A stretch of DNA of 64,000 nt from Octopus bimaculoides (lineage: Eukaryota), in contig NC_068982.1 of the NCBI RefSeq assembly GCF_001194135.2, positions 170,905,726-170,969,725 of the forward strand, given 5' to 3'. The first letter of the stretch is position 1, and every line of letters begins with the position of its first letter. The notes under the pieces are model-generated. The model did no database searches. It was not told the origin of the DNA and worked only from the letters and a program-made list of their open reading frames with translations. This document shows, one piece after another, positions 12,361-26,499 of the stretch. Both the position numbers and the translations under genes were made by a program.

Positions 12361-15012
12361 GAAGAGATAGCTTTCTGTCAGACTCCATCAATTTTTAAAC
12401 CTGATGGTGTCACAGATGACGTTTGCCTCAAATGCATGTGCAGTGGGAATCATTTGTTTGCAAAATGGACTCCTTAGCCGCATAGCCATTCCTAAGCTCA
12501 CTTAGGCAGAAGGTCAATATTTGCAGAGAAGCGTTAGAGAGAATTCAGTTCATCGAAATGTGTTACTGGGATTGAGTTATTAAGTTGAAGTCAATAGTAA
12601 GCAGAGTGTGGTTGTAACTCAAAAAGTAAAAGGAATAGACCTCATAGTATAATCTATTTAGTTGGTCAGTCTATCGCTTCCCTGCCTTTTACTGGCCCAA
12701 AAAAAAAAAGAAACAAAAATAGAAAATAAACTAAAATGAAATAAATATCATCGATCCGTTGTACGAACGAGGCTCATGCTAAACGTTTAACAGGATATTA
12801 TATTTGGTGGAATATTGTTTCATCCAAATGCTTGTCTAAATAAATTTCAAATTTAACGTTTAATAATTATTGAGCAAACTCCCTAGCTGCAACATATTAA
12901 TGTTTCATTTCATCATTACAAAGCAGGCTAATAGTGTTATCCTAGAGATGAAATTCCCGAGGCAAAAACGATAATCTTTCTTAGATCACTTAAGCCCGGC
13001 TGCATTAACATCTAAGAGCAGAGTTCGATGACTGATTGCATCTAATCTCCTTCGAGGATAAGAAGTCCCTTAGCCACTATTACTAGGAAATAACCAAAAA
13101 TTCTTGTCGTATGCACGTTTGAAATTACTTGCTACAGTATTATGATGTCGAATACAAAACCTCACATAATATTACAATATATTCTGAGGAATGGATTGAT
13201 TCGAAGAAATTCTGTTCTCTTTTATTATTTATTCAGCAAAACCGGTGGCGTATACCTGTTTTGATGCAAAATATAGGAATCAATTTGCAAGAGACTGTAG
13301 ATGCTTACCAACACTATAACATTTAAGCATAATCTCGAATAGTTGTGATTTTGTTCTCCAATTAAATTTCAGTTTCAAGAACAAGATATTTAAGACAATT
13401 TAAACAGTTCATATTATTTTAAATGAATCTCTGAATCACTGGATTATAATATCGCTGTTGTTTCATATACCATGTAATAATATAGTAGATATTGCGAGTG
13501 ATCTCATCACAATCGTACCTGCAATATATTTTTAGGACGACGGAATTAACAAGAAGAAATTTTTCAGTTGGTGTTTAGCCGATGAACAATCATTGATGTT
13601 GAACCTAGTCGTCATGTTTTAAAGAAGGAAAATATATAAATATTTTAAGACCAATAATACTATAATATTAACAAAAAAAAAAACGATAATTTCACAAGAG
13701 ATCATTAACAAATCGACCAAAGATTCTATTATATATTCTGTTTTCACATTGTGAGCTTGTTATAAATATGGTATAATCTCAAAGTGCGGAGGCATTTATG
13801 CATAAAATGCTATTCATTTCACTCTAACCTCGTACCTACATAAATCATGCAAAATCATCTGCAAATTTTGCAAAACTCTTCCTTCTAAATCCGATAAAAG
13901 TATCTTCTATAATGTATCACTAATGCAGTTTTAACCTCCGGGAAATCTGTGCTCCAAATCGGATGTACTTTTTCCTTACACTTGATAACTTAACCCGTAC
14001 AACTTTGGGCTACAATGTGACATGAAAATTCAATGTCATATTCGTCTATTAATGTCAGAGATTATGACTATAAAACCAAGAAATAATATTCGAATTTGGT
14101 TATTACCTATGCGACTTACAAAAATATACCAGGAAGACTTGATTGAAACTGCAAATTTCATTTTTTTAGTTGGTGTTTAGCCGATGAACAATCATCAATG
14201 TTGAATCTAGTCGTCACTATTTTCTGCAGAAGCAAATGTATTATAGGCGTGAGTTATATGATGCAAGGGTATTTGACACTGCAATGGATCATAATATTTT
14301 CCTTCATGTCAGAATTATGAATGGAGCTAGGAAGGTTACATCAGATCAAACATCTAGTATATTCAGGCATTGCAGCAACAATACTATCAATTATATTAGA
14401 CCCATTAATCGCATTGATTTTCAAACGAATTATTACACTGATACACGCCATTTATAAAAAGCCTAACAATTTCCTCTGCTGCACACATCGATCACATTAA
14501 AACCCCATTCAAAGAATGGGCAATTCGAGATTATTGATTACTACATACATAGCGCCTATATCACCCCCATGTCTTTCTACTCAGTTGCATTCAACACAAT
14601 ACGACGGTTTAGTGGTGTTATTAAACGCAAATTTAAGGCAATATACATAGGGAAATGAAGTAACAACAGTAAATTTCAGATTAGCTTGCCGTTATATAAA
14701 GAATTTCGAATTAGAAATAAGAGAAACATTGACGGAATCTACAGTCAGTAGTCCACTTCAATCGGACAATATCGATTTTGTTTCAGTTAATAATATAAAT
14801 GTCTGTTTGGACTTGCTGCTTTTCACAGAATTCCAGTGGAGTTTTTATTCTTCAGTAATTTAATCAACTTCTTGTGGTGGCTTTCTTACATATTCATTTT
14901 GCACTGAATATTAATACGCGAAGGGCTAACCAGTGGGACTTGATTTATAGCCATTGCCATGAGATTCCGTTTCGAAATGAAAACAAAAATTGCTGCTGTT
15001 GTAAGTTCTCAA

Positions 15013-15094
<82 letters not shown>

Positions 15095-15289
15095 GTTCTA
15101 ACTGTTTATATATATAGTAGTGTGTAAGTACATATATATNNNNNNNNNNNNNNNNNNNNNNNNNNNNNNNNNNNNNNNNNNNNNNNNNNNNNNNNNNNNN
15201 NTATATATATATATATATATATATATATCATGTTTCTTAGTGTGTCTGTATGTGTGTTTCTAAATGCACATACACGTAAAGGTGTAAGG

Positions 15290-15580
15290 GTCAATGGTTT
15301 AAACGTCGTGCTTACAATCTACTGTGAGTTTGATTCACGTTGTCTCCTTGAGCAAGACACTTTCTTTGACATTGCTCCGGTTAATTTACCCGTAAAAATT
15401 AGCTGTTAGGTCACTTTAACTTTTCCCTTGGACAATATCAATGGCGTAGAGAGGGGAGAGTGTTAAGCGTCGGCCACGGTTGGTCTTCCAAAAACCATCC
15501 CCACAACTGAGCATCGGAGGAGAACTTACTCTAAGCAATACCATGGCCATTCCTCAGCGAAGTGGGGTCATTACCCATGC
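15290..15580 (+). mobile_element. Degraded SINE with CORE-like segment
   Basis: TCCTTGAGCAAGACACTTT...TTGCTCCGG resembles the CORE-type motif also seen at about 22705-22760. Confidence 0.5.
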
Positions 15581-15617
15581 ATTCACGCACGTACACCCAC
15601 ATATTTATTTATCTATA

Positions 15618-15659
<42 letters not shown>

Positions 15660-15784
15660 GGGGTGTATGTATGTGTAAATGTCTATATGTATATATGAAT
15701 ATATGAATATGCACATAAACATATGTATATATATATATACATATAAATTTATCTGTATGTGTGTGTGTGCATATATATATATAG

Positions 15785-15823
<39 letters not shown>

Positions 15824-15842
15824 CACATTTATATTCTTTTAT

Positions 15843-16420
15843 TCTTTTACTGGTTTTAGCCAATGGTTATGGCCATGCTTTAGCACCGCCTTTCTGTGTA
15901 TTATTCGGTGATCTCCTTTCTGTTCCGTTTTTGATGAAGAAACGAGTTAGACGGAACTGTTCTTCTCTCTGCTTCCTGCCGAGATGTGGGCTCATCTGGG
16001 ATTTCAGCTATAAATTTGTCCAGAGGATTTTTGAAGGTCTCCGTGTCTACACCTCGCAAATTTCTTTGATTCTTTGGCATTATGTTAAACCCATGTGATC
16101 CTCTGAAACCCATAACGTTGAGGTACTGTTTCCTTATTCTAGATGCAGAAAACAGGATCTCTCGTCCAATTCAGTAGTCGGTATAGCTTATAAATCCAAT
16201 GTTAGGAGTTATACCTACCAGGATCCTCCCCGTATGTATATTTTTTTTATGTACTTTACTCCTTCGCTCCACGGAGTATAGATTCAGTTCATTTAGCCTC
16301 TACCAGTAGCTCATCTCTTTCACCAAATTAGTTATCTTTGTCATGTGGCGCTGGTTTGCTTGGTGTTCCGAGATCATTTTGACTCTTTTCGGGAACCACT
16401 TTTGCGAGCAGTAATTCAGA
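15843..16420 (-). mobile_element. CR1/L2-group LINE 3' fragment
   Basis: YCSQKWFP...KEMSYW*RLNELNLYSVERR, then FNIMPKNQRNLRG..TETFKNPLDKFIAEIPDEP, typical of the post-RT C-terminus of CR1/Crack-like LINEs, then a 3' UTR. Confidence 0.75.
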
Positions 16421-16814
16421 CACTGAGAAAAACGTTCACCATAAGAGTAGCAGGGTTTCCTTATTTCCGATTCTCAACGATCTAAGAATCCATTCAGCTA
16501 CTTACCTACACACACACACTGATACTCACACGCACACGCACATGGACGCATATGTGGCCCGATATGGAAGGGAATATGGCGACTGCTCTCCATTGTTGGC
16601 GGTGAATAAGTTCAGGAGATTAGCTTAGGAGTTACGTCCCTTGGTTAGGAGAACGACATTGATAATACACATCTTACCCACTTCAAGGTAACTCTTGCCG
16701 GCTTAACAGCATAATCAACCCAGAGACAATTCATAATATCATATAATACTACCTAGGTGTTATTTGAACTCGGACTTGACTGAACACCACAAAATTAATA
16801 TCTTTCTCTTGCCA

Positions 16815-16935
16815 TATGGTTCCGGGTTCAGTCCTGTTGTGTGGCACCTTGGTCATGTGTCTTCTACTATATCCTCGGGCCGACTAAAGCCTTGAGAGTG
16901 GATTGGTAGATGGAAAGTTAAAGAAGCCTGTCGTA
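16815..16935 (+). mobile_element. 5'-truncated tRNA-derived SINE
   Basis: B-box-like GGTTCAGTCC, CORE-like ACCTTGGTCATGTGTCTTCTAC, ending AAGAAGCCTGTCG before TA/TG repeats. Confidence 0.7.
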
Positions 16936-16951
16936 TATATATCTATATGTG

Positions 16952-16988
<37 letters not shown>

Positions 16989-16989
16989 C

Positions 16990-17030
<41 letters not shown>

Positions 17031-17080
17031 ACAAAGAGAGGGAGAAAGAACAGTTAAAGCCAATACATATACAAATATAT

Positions 17081-17720
17081 ATCATCATCATCATCATCTT
17101 CCATTAACTAATGCAGAGTTGTTCGAGTGCCACTTTAGACGCTTTTGGAGACAGCTGCTGCAGTGTTGTGAGGTGTCCAGTCCTTGAGGTTTACAGATCA
17201 AGATTTTCTCTCCTTTGCCTCTCTTTCTCGCTCACCCAACAGTGCCCTGAAGGCAGTGTTGGACATGACATTGTGATGGATTACGTGTAAGTACCAGGCA
17301 AATACCTTTTACCTCCGTAATTAGTGGTTCCTCTCTGCTAGCACATTTGTTGACTTGATATCTTACAATGCTATTCGCTTTGTTCTCAATTCACTGCATA
17401 CATAACACCCTCTTGATGCGCTTGAGTTCAAATGCCCCAATTCTTCGTTTCATGCAAGCTGTAAAAGTCAGCTCTCACAACCACACAGAAAATTTGAATT
17501 CACCACAGACTTCTAGACTTTGAGCCTGTTTGGAAAACAAATGGAGTTGCTTTTCCAAATGGTGTTCAGCTGCATCATTACAGTAGATGTTAAAAGGAAT
17601 TATCTCTTTTTGAGATCTGTTTAATGATCAAAGCGGATCCTAGGAACTTGCTGGTGTCCACCTTCTCAAATCTCTTCTCGTTTAGCATGAACTTGGTTCC
17701 TCTATTCCTGTTATTACCAC
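17081..17720 (-). mobile_element. RTE-clade LINE 3' fragment
   Basis: EKVDTSKFLGS, LNTIWKSNSICF..LKV*KSVV..FLCGCES, NTALQGTVG..RKRG, ending in a (GAT)n tail at 17081-17098. Confidence 0.8.
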
Positions 17721-18172
17721 GGGTACAGCAACCGGGATGCTGTGTTCTTGGTTTTAACGAGGGTCCCCCTTTTTACTGGGCTGATCTCTACCCCGTATGC
17801 ACCTGGTAATTTTTTTAATCTGAAGGTGAGCTCTTGTATTTCTGCTGCATTGCTTCCTAACAGGTCAATGCCGCTAGCAAAGAGCCGGGTGTAAATGGGT
17901 CATCCCGACAACGGAAACTGAGTGGTGGAAGACTTGGCGTGTATCCTGCATAATCTCTTCTAAGAAAAGGTTGAAAATCAACGAGGAGAGGAGACATCAT
18001 TTTTTGAACATTCACTGTTGTCCTGAAAAGTTCCATGTTGTTGTTTAGGAGAACTGCACTGTTTGAGTTTTCATACAATGCTTGGATTATTTCAATAAGG
18101 TTGATGAAGTTCTATAAACACGCGTACACACAATCACATACATACACACGCTCACACGCACATGTATATATA

Positions 18173-18223
<51 letters not shown>

Positions 18224-18654
18224 GCATTGTATGTGTATGTTTGTTCCAATTGAAGACCGTACATATAAAATATATACTGACAAGCAAACTAGTAGCTTAT
18301 ATGTATTAAAAATATTAACGCATATCACAAATAACTATCTACTTATCATCTATGTATCTATACATATAAACTTATAAACTCACACACAAACATTTACATG
18401 TGTACAAGCATATATATGTGCGAGAGTATATATACATGTGTGTATAGATACACGCAGGCACACACACATACACATACACACACGCAAACATATATGCGTG
18501 TGTGTGTGTGTGTTTGTATGTCCGTATGCATATATGTATATATAATTATCTTAATTAGTATGAATTAATTAAATTTTCTCATTTTCCTGTGAAGTATTTA
18601 TTTAGTTAAGTTCCGACTCGGAATATTTGTCCAATTTCATTTGATGTGATCAAA

Positions 18655-18674
18655 ATGATGATGATAAAAATAAA

Positions 18675-18741
<67 letters not shown>

Positions 18742-18780
18742 TTGATGATGATGATGATGATGATGATGATGCTGATGATA
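18655..18780. repeat. (AAT)n/(GAT)n microsatellite
   Basis: Direct reading. Confidence 0.95.
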
Positions 18781-20862
18781 AAAAAAATAAATAAATAAAA
18801 AAGATAATATTGAAAAAAAATTAATGTAAACAAAGTTTTTCAAATAAAATAATTGCATTCATAATAACAACATGAAGATGCAATTTGATTTGCTTGAAAT
18901 GCATCATGATGAGAAATGAAGAAAGCATGCCGCAGAAATTTCATTGCAGCCACAATTAAATTTCATCAATATAGATTATTTTTTTTTTATTCGCTTCTGA
19001 ATTTCACAAATATCTGTAATGATGTGAATTTTAAGTGCCTAATTTTATCCAATTTGGAATGTATCCATCTTATTTTTACTGTTTTTAAAAATTTCTTTTT
19101 CTTTTACTTTCATTCACTTTCATTATATCGAATATTATTTCTCTTCCTCTTTCCTTCTCTTATATTCGTCTCTCTATTTTCCACAGGTAAAAATACAAAA
19201 AAATATATTCAAGATTTCAATAGTGTGTAAATTCAAGCAGATAAGCTTTCTTAATAGGTGAAATAGACGAAGGTTGTTGCAACCAACTATCTGTTTACGA
19301 AATAAAATCTAGACACAAAATTTTAATTGGGCTTCAAAGTATGCAGGTTGTGATATTTTGATATGGACTTTACACGTGAAATAGATCTAAGTATTTGTTG
19401 AGACGCATATAAGTCAGCGCATTGGTAGGTGTAACAAATTGTTGATTCAAGCTTGAGATATGTGAATATTTTCTTCATGTAATCGTCAGTGCGTAGGTAA
19501 GACAGTTGCCCTGATCCCTCTTACAATTGTTGAGTGTCATGTATAAATAAATACAAAGGCAAAATGGTTTAGAAAGATTAGTTTCTATAAAATTTCCATT
19601 GCTATGCAGTAAAATATGTAACACTACGAACGCTTGTATTCGCTACCACGCTATCACTGATAGGATTTAGTATAGTTTTAAATTGCACACATAAACTAAA
19701 ACAGCTGAATTGGTTTTTGTTGAAAGTGATATTGTGTAATATCTTTTGAATGAATTTGACAGTTTATAGAAACTATATGATGATGTCGTGTTTGGTTAAT
19801 TTGAAACTATATTTCTTGAATTCATCCTCTAGCAAATAATTAGGTATATAATACTTTAAGAAAAATAATTGAAAAACAACTGCCATTTCTTTAAATCCGC
19901 TGACAAAGATTCAATATACGAAGGCCGGAAAGAGATGGAATACCGTAATATTCATGATTTTTCTGACTGTACTATTGGATTATGATGAGTTTTGTAAAAG
20001 TTCAATAGTTCTTGGAGTGTGATAATTGAAATACTTGCTGGATCAATAAAGGAAATTCCGAAGTTGTGATGTCTACAATTTTGCGGTTCAAAACTCGTTC
20101 TATATATATATTCCTTAGAAAACAACATACGTGTAAAATATTGAAACTGGCATTAGTGATGCACAATATACGTTGATTTCTAACATTTGTACAGCTCACG
20201 TAGCTTTATTTTATACCCTCACCTCAGAAGGAAGAAGAGCAAAGCTGACTTTGCTGGGGTAGGAACTCAAAACATAAAGGTTAACTCAATGCTACTGGGC
20301 ATACTGTTTAAAATTATTTCATAGATTGTAGCAATCCACGCCCTACAACATATCATATATTGATTTCTAACTGACGCATAAGTCATTGAATGTAATATAC
20401 ATCGACACAAAATATAGATAGGTACTTAATTTAAGCAATATCAGACTGCACATGTTCACTAAATATTTAGCCACTACATAAATATTTGCCATAGTCAACA
20501 TTCAAAAGGGTGCAATGAAAATATTGAAACACTTGAAGGGTCAGGTAAAAAAAATAAGAAGAAAAAGCCAAAATTTATTAAAGTTTATTATTAATGTTTT
20601 ATACCGAATATGAAAGATGTAATATTTGACTTGTTATAAATTTCTCATGTATTTGCTCAACTGAATATTTAGTGGAGGTAACTCGTCACGCTTTCACAGT
20701 TATTGCTAAATTAATTTAAAATGACTCCCATACTAAAGACAGACATGAAAGACATTATACATGCGATTTAATATTACGTTAGATTTCAAAAGTATTTGGA
20801 CAAGACAAGTTTTGAAGATAGATGCACGCTTAACATATACAAAAACATGGACTTATATGCTG

Positions 20863-20882
20863 TCTCTCTCTTTCTCTCTCTT

Positions 20883-20953
<71 letters not shown>

Positions 20954-21112
20954 TTCTCCCTCCCTTCTCCATTGTGTCTCACAGACACACGCATACATGC
21001 ATATGAGAGAAAGAGAGAAGGGGAGCAAGAGAGAGAAAGAGTGAGAGAGAGAGGCAGGAGAGAAAAGAGAGCGAGAGCGAGAGAGGAAGAGAAAAGAAAG
21101 AAAGAAAGGAAA
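20863..21112. repeat. (CT)n tract followed by (GA)n tract
   Basis: About 105 bp pyrimidine tract, about 35 bp spacer, about 110 bp purine tract. Confidence 0.95.
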
Positions 21113-22640
21113 GATAATATGTAAAATCGATACATGTATAACTAGATGAGTATGAGCACATACAAAATTGAATATTTATAGAAAATCGTAATAGTTTATT
21201 GGACAAATCCACGGGGCCAAATGCTAAGGAAATAGTAGTTAATGTGAAAAGGCTGATAGTTGCCGTACGTCATAGCTGTTTATATTTTCATTCGTCAGAA
21301 AATTCACTTTTTAGTCGCTCAGTTTGCAGCAATATGTTTCCCAATGTCTTTTAAAGTATACCTCTCTCTCGTAAAAAAAATATATATATTCAATGTAATA
21401 TCACTGAAAATGGGTGTGCTGGATTGAAGCTAATGATAACGAGAACGAAAGTTGAGTTATAAAGATTTATTAAAGTATTCTTTTATTCTGTGCCTTCTGA
21501 AATTAAACGCTGCTTGAGTCAACATTAAATCTTAATGTTCCAATAATCGATATCAAATTAAATAAAATATCCGTTTAAAAAAAAATTAAGAATTGTTGGT
21601 TTAAAATCGTAGTATCTTTGACAGCTTGGTTATATATTTTATGAGTACTGGATTCGTAAATCAAACATATCTTAAGAAATTTCGCTTTTAGCATCGTGGA
21701 TATGAATTTCTCCTATTCCCTTTCCACTAATTCTCTATCTATATCTCCCCAATCGCATTCCTTGCACTCAAAACGAATCAAAAGAGAATGTAGAACAAAG
21801 CAGCATAGCTTTTGTTGGATCAGAACATCCTGTACCCACGTAATAACGCAACGTCAACAACACCCTAGAATACTATATATTGTAATAACACTACTCGCTT
21901 ACATATTTCTGACGAACACAAAAATCGATTACTAAAATATTTTGCACACATTTATGACGCAAAATTATCTAGAAAGGGAAAAACCAGTTGAACCTGTGTG
22001 AAACGAATTTTAAAAACACAAAACGATGCAATGAACATCAGACAAGTTTCATGACAAAACACCTGAAAGATACAATTTTAATGAAAGTGAAATCCCTCGG
22101 GACATTTCTGCTGCACAGTTTGTTGCTGCAGCAGTTTACAACTCATGTATTTCCTATTACTACATGAGCAGAACATCGCTGCCAATATGCAAACATTTGC
22201 AGAACAAGCCAGATCATCACAACAATATCGTAAAAGCTTAATCTCTTCTAATCTTTTTCAAGAAGCACACAGAAAAAGAACGCATATACGCAGTAGTCTC
22301 GCTCCGAAATTTGTGCTGGAAAGAGTACAAAAGCCATGAGTACAGTGAAGTGGCAGTTGCAGTGAATCGATTGAGTCCACCGTCATAGCTTCCACTGTGG
22401 TCAGAGCAATATATCAAGACTGCCATACTTAGTAGCATACTTGTGGTATAGAGTGGCGTGATTCTCATCTAAGGAGAGATATGCTACTTTTAAGGAGACA
22501 GAACAACGGGTAGTACCGCGTTATTCGGTTACTGTGCGCCTGCCATACGAGTGCTTGATAAAGGCTGATCTGTTGTTATACAGCAACAACTATAGCATTC
22601 ATATTGAAATAAAAGCACACCTCATACAGAAGTAAGTGCA

Positions 22641-22905
22641 GGCGCGCGGTTTAGTGGTTACGGGTGTTGTACTCAAGATTGTAATGGCGTCGTTTCAGTT
22701 CCTGGAGCGGGCAATGAGTTGTGTTCTTGTAAAAAAATATTACTTTTTACGTTGCTGCGGTCCATTTGGCTGGCAAAAATGAATATTCCTGGAACGGACT
22801 GGGTCCCGTCCAGTGGGGAATATATAAGCCACAGAAACCAGGAAACTGTCTCTATGAGTCTCTATGAAACTGGACGGGGCTTTACCCTTTTGCTTTCTTC
22901 AGACA
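22641..22905 (+). mobile_element. tRNA-derived SINE with CORE-like segment
   Basis: A-box-like CGGTTTAGTGG, B-box-like GTTTCAGTTCC, then TGTGTTCTTG...GTCCATTTGGCTGGCAAAAATGA and GGACTGGGTCCCGTCCAG. Confidence 0.7.
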
Positions 22906-24659
22906 GCAGGACCCCAATTCGTAAAAGTATTTTTTTCTCAAATCATTGATTAAAAGTTGGATCCTTTTGTAGGACTACTGACCAGCTAAAATTATTTTAA
23001 GCCTTTGTATCTCTCTCCACCAAAGAACAGTAAAAGTATTAACATTTCGTGCTGTTCTTTGATAAACGTGTACAAAGGATCTTAGTCATTAAATTTGTTG
23101 TTTCGTTGTTGTTGTTATTTATTTCTTGATTCATTTCACTATATATTATTCTGCCGGTAAAGCTTTTGAAATAAAGAATAATACTTCCTTTTTCCTTACC
23201 TAATCTCTGTATTTCCTAAATTTAAACAGCATAGAAGCATACGTACGTATATATACCACCGAGTACATACATGCACACATACGCATAATACACACACACA
23301 CACACACGCGCGCGCACACACACAAATTGTGCTCGGGCTCATACTTTCGTGCGCACATTAGAGCAACTTTTCACTTTATTTGATGATTTCCGAATATCTT
23401 TGTCTTACAGCGCTATTTTCTTTCTTTCTTAATTATTCTCTTACCGTTCCTTATTTTATTATCTGTTGACATCTGTCTGTCATACACAACTTTCTACCCA
23501 TTATACTACAATCGTCTACTCATACTACTACTCATTATACTCTCTCTCATTCTATTTCATAGTTCTTACAGTTTTGGTTTATCTTTGTGAGAATGTTCTT
23601 TTTTTCTTCTGTTTCCGTTTTTTTTCTCAGCATTATACGCCCTTCTCTTTAGTTCAATCTGATCCATCCCTCGTTATTTTTTCTGTTACAGTTAATCCAT
23701 TACCCTCCAACCATTTTTTGTTTGTCTTTCGTCTTTCTCGCAAAATCTCTTTTTCTATATCTCTATCTCTTTCTCCTCTGGATCGGAAAACTTTTATCCA
23801 GTTCTCTCCTACCGGCTGCATTTTCTTTACTCTAATTTAGTATCCCTAATATTTCTTCTGCTTTACTCTTGAAATTTCTTCTATTCAACTGTAGTCGCCT
23901 TTCACTTTCAGTCTTTCCCGTTCTTTGAAAGAGTCTTCCAGTCGTCCCTCTCTATGAAAATCTCTACTTATTTCTCACTTCAATAAATTCTCTCTCTCTC
24001 TCTCTGCTTATTACTCTTACTTTACCACATAATTTTGTTCTCTATTTTTTAATTTGCAATTACTTTCCGGATTTTCATTTACTATCATCTCACTTCTCTG
24101 TCAATATAGATCTCATTTCTTTCTGCCTATCCTTTTATCTACGTGTATATTTTTGGTTCTCTAATGCCGCACCAGAAGTAAACGACAAAAATCAACCGGT
24201 TTAAATATTCTTCCTCCTACCACCCTCTATAACATACTACAAAGCATAAGACATTGAGTACGAGAAACCTTACAAATACTCTTTAATCAATTCCGTTATT
24301 GCAAGTGTATTCGAATAGCGCTTCATCATAATTTTATCTTCTTTTCAATAACTGCTAAATTTGATTTCTTTAAAAGGTGTCTAAGTTCATATTTTTATTT
24401 ATTATGTTTATTTCATTTGTTCTTTGTTGTTTACTAGACATCAAAACCAAAGGGAAAAAAATATTGCCCCAAAATGTAAAGCGTGAAAACTATAAATGAG
24501 TTTTCATTGAAACTCAGATGAAAGAGTGCAAATAGTATATGAATCTAATTTCATTTATTAATAGAATTATTCATTTTTAAATAAGGAAACAATTGGGTAT
24601 GATCTAGAAGTTAATTATACTAGATAAAAGTGTTAAGACAGGAAGTATTTCAGCGAGAT

Positions 24660-24900
24660 TTCAACAATGATTTAAAAGCTCCGGACTAAATGCAGAAACA
24701 GATGGGCTGATTTTAGCTGCACAATATGAATACCAAACCACAAAATATCTATTAGAAAGGTAATTAAACAAGTGTCTAATTTTAAGTGTAGACGATTCAA
24801 TCATCAGCTTCCTTTTTCCACAGGCTAGTGTGAGAGCTATAGGCAGAAATACATATGTTTTTATCATATCCTCCAGTTCTGCAAGCCTTTCATCTAAACA
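24660..24900 (+). mobile_element. R4/Dong-like LINE fragment
   Basis: KSSGLNAETDGLILAAQ matches the conserved GLKxETEGLIxAAQ motif. Confidence 0.65.
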
Positions 24901-25556
24901 TACCATGTTTAGTGCTTGTTTATTAAAAATTAATTTTCCAAAGGATAAAGCTGATACATTCTTCAATGTTCCATTGTTGTTTGATAAATCTTGGTTTTGG
25001 TGTTGCTTGCGCCAAAAGTATAGTTAAAGCCGTTTATACAGGTGCTAGTATAGGTCGCTGGACATCGTTACTTCACTTAGGACTACTCTCTGATTTATAA
25101 CCGATAGTAAACTAGAAACTACAGCATACCTACTTCTCACCTCCTGCTATTGTCCATGTTTATGTCTCTAACGTGGTCACTACTTTCTTTACTCTCCAGC
25201 TTCTTGTATTCCTTTTCGTTATAGTAAAATCTCATGTACACTGTTAATAATTGACGAAACTTGGCTTCCTGCGCTGCCTACCAGTCTGAGTTCCTTTTTA
25301 CATCTTCAAATGATTAAATCCAGCAGATATTTTTGATGTGCTCAGTGATAAGCAGGACCACATATTGTTGCATGTCACCTTTTTGTACTTGCTCGTACTA
25401 TGCCTCGAAATTGATTGTGCGCTAGGGTAAACACCTGTGCCGATATATCCTACAGTGATCCTTGTGACTGATATCTCCATGTAACATGGCATCATCTTGC
25501 GAGCGAATATCATTCGAACGAGTTACGCCTGTCTTATCATCTTGTGCTAGTCTTAG

Positions 25557-26174
25557 AGTTCAGGCACATACTTTCACTGACCGCGGCTTTGTATCTAGGA
25601 CACGTGGTACAAGAAACAGGCTATGATTTCTTGCTACTACATTAAGAGAGCCTACTTGATTTTTGTGATACAATGGTATGTCAATGACCTCGTAGGTCTT
25701 TCTTCGATTAATTCTTCAAGTAAGGAAATGTACTGTATTTTCTGACACACTACTTTTAAGTCTTTTATTTTTCATTGTTTATTATGGAGTTGGATTGATT
25801 CAAACATGCAACTTTGGCTCGTGACTCATGTAAAGCTTTGTATGACAGCGCTATGTTATTTTTTGTAATTTCGTCTATATGTAAATAGCTTTGTCTTTTG
25901 TGAAAGTAAAATATTTGTGTTTAAACTTTGCCTGTTCAATTTCAATTGTCATCTCCTCTTTATATTTTATTTTTAATGTTCTGTTTTCTGTATTCTTAAA
26001 ATGTTTGTAATATTTAACAAATGAAAGCTCAAACATTTTTCTAACGTTGTGGCAAAAGCTCTTCCTGCTCCTCCAGTTCAGGCACATACTTTCACTGACC
26101 TCGGCTTTGTATCTAGGACACGTGGTACAAGAAACAGGCTATGATTTCTTGCTACTACATTAAGAGAGCCTACT
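25557..26174 (+). repeat. 100-bp direct repeat pair (25557-25656 and 26075-26174), 99 percent identical
   Basis: Ungapped; single G/T difference (CCGCGG vs CCTCGG); 418-bp unique spacer. Confidence 0.95.
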
Positions 26175-26307
26175 ATAATTTCCGTTTCCATCAAGTTAAA
26201 TGTAATTCAATTCTTCTCTGGTGCAGTGTTTTGGAAGTCGGTTCACAGTAAGAACAACAACGACAACAACAGATACAACAACAACAACAACAATAATGAT
26301 AATAATA

Positions 26308-26455
26308 ATCATTTCTACTGTAGGCACAAGACCTGAAGGATTAAGTCAATTAGATCGACCACCAGTACTCTCCTCGAAAGGAGGAAAGTCAACCTCGGAG
26401 GAATTTTTACTCAGAACGTAGCGACAGAGAAAATACCGCTATTTCACCGGGCGTT
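26308..26455 (-). mobile_element. tRNA-derived SINE (Deu/Nin-like family), internally deleted
   Basis: TTTCTACTGTAGGCACAAG...GAAAGGAGGAAAGTCAACCTCGGAGGAATTT..CTCAGAACGT matches the reverse complement of 58117-58332. Confidence 0.8.
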
Positions 26456-26499
26456 ATTATTTTATTTTTATTTTTGTTCCTCTAAATATACGGGAGAAT

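Noticed and set aside
15520-15590. Gapped resemblance to U1 snRNA (ACTTAC...ATACCATG...TTACCCATGCA)
   Set aside because: Needs several large gaps, has no Sm site or 3' stem, and lies in the tail of a SINE-like repeat.
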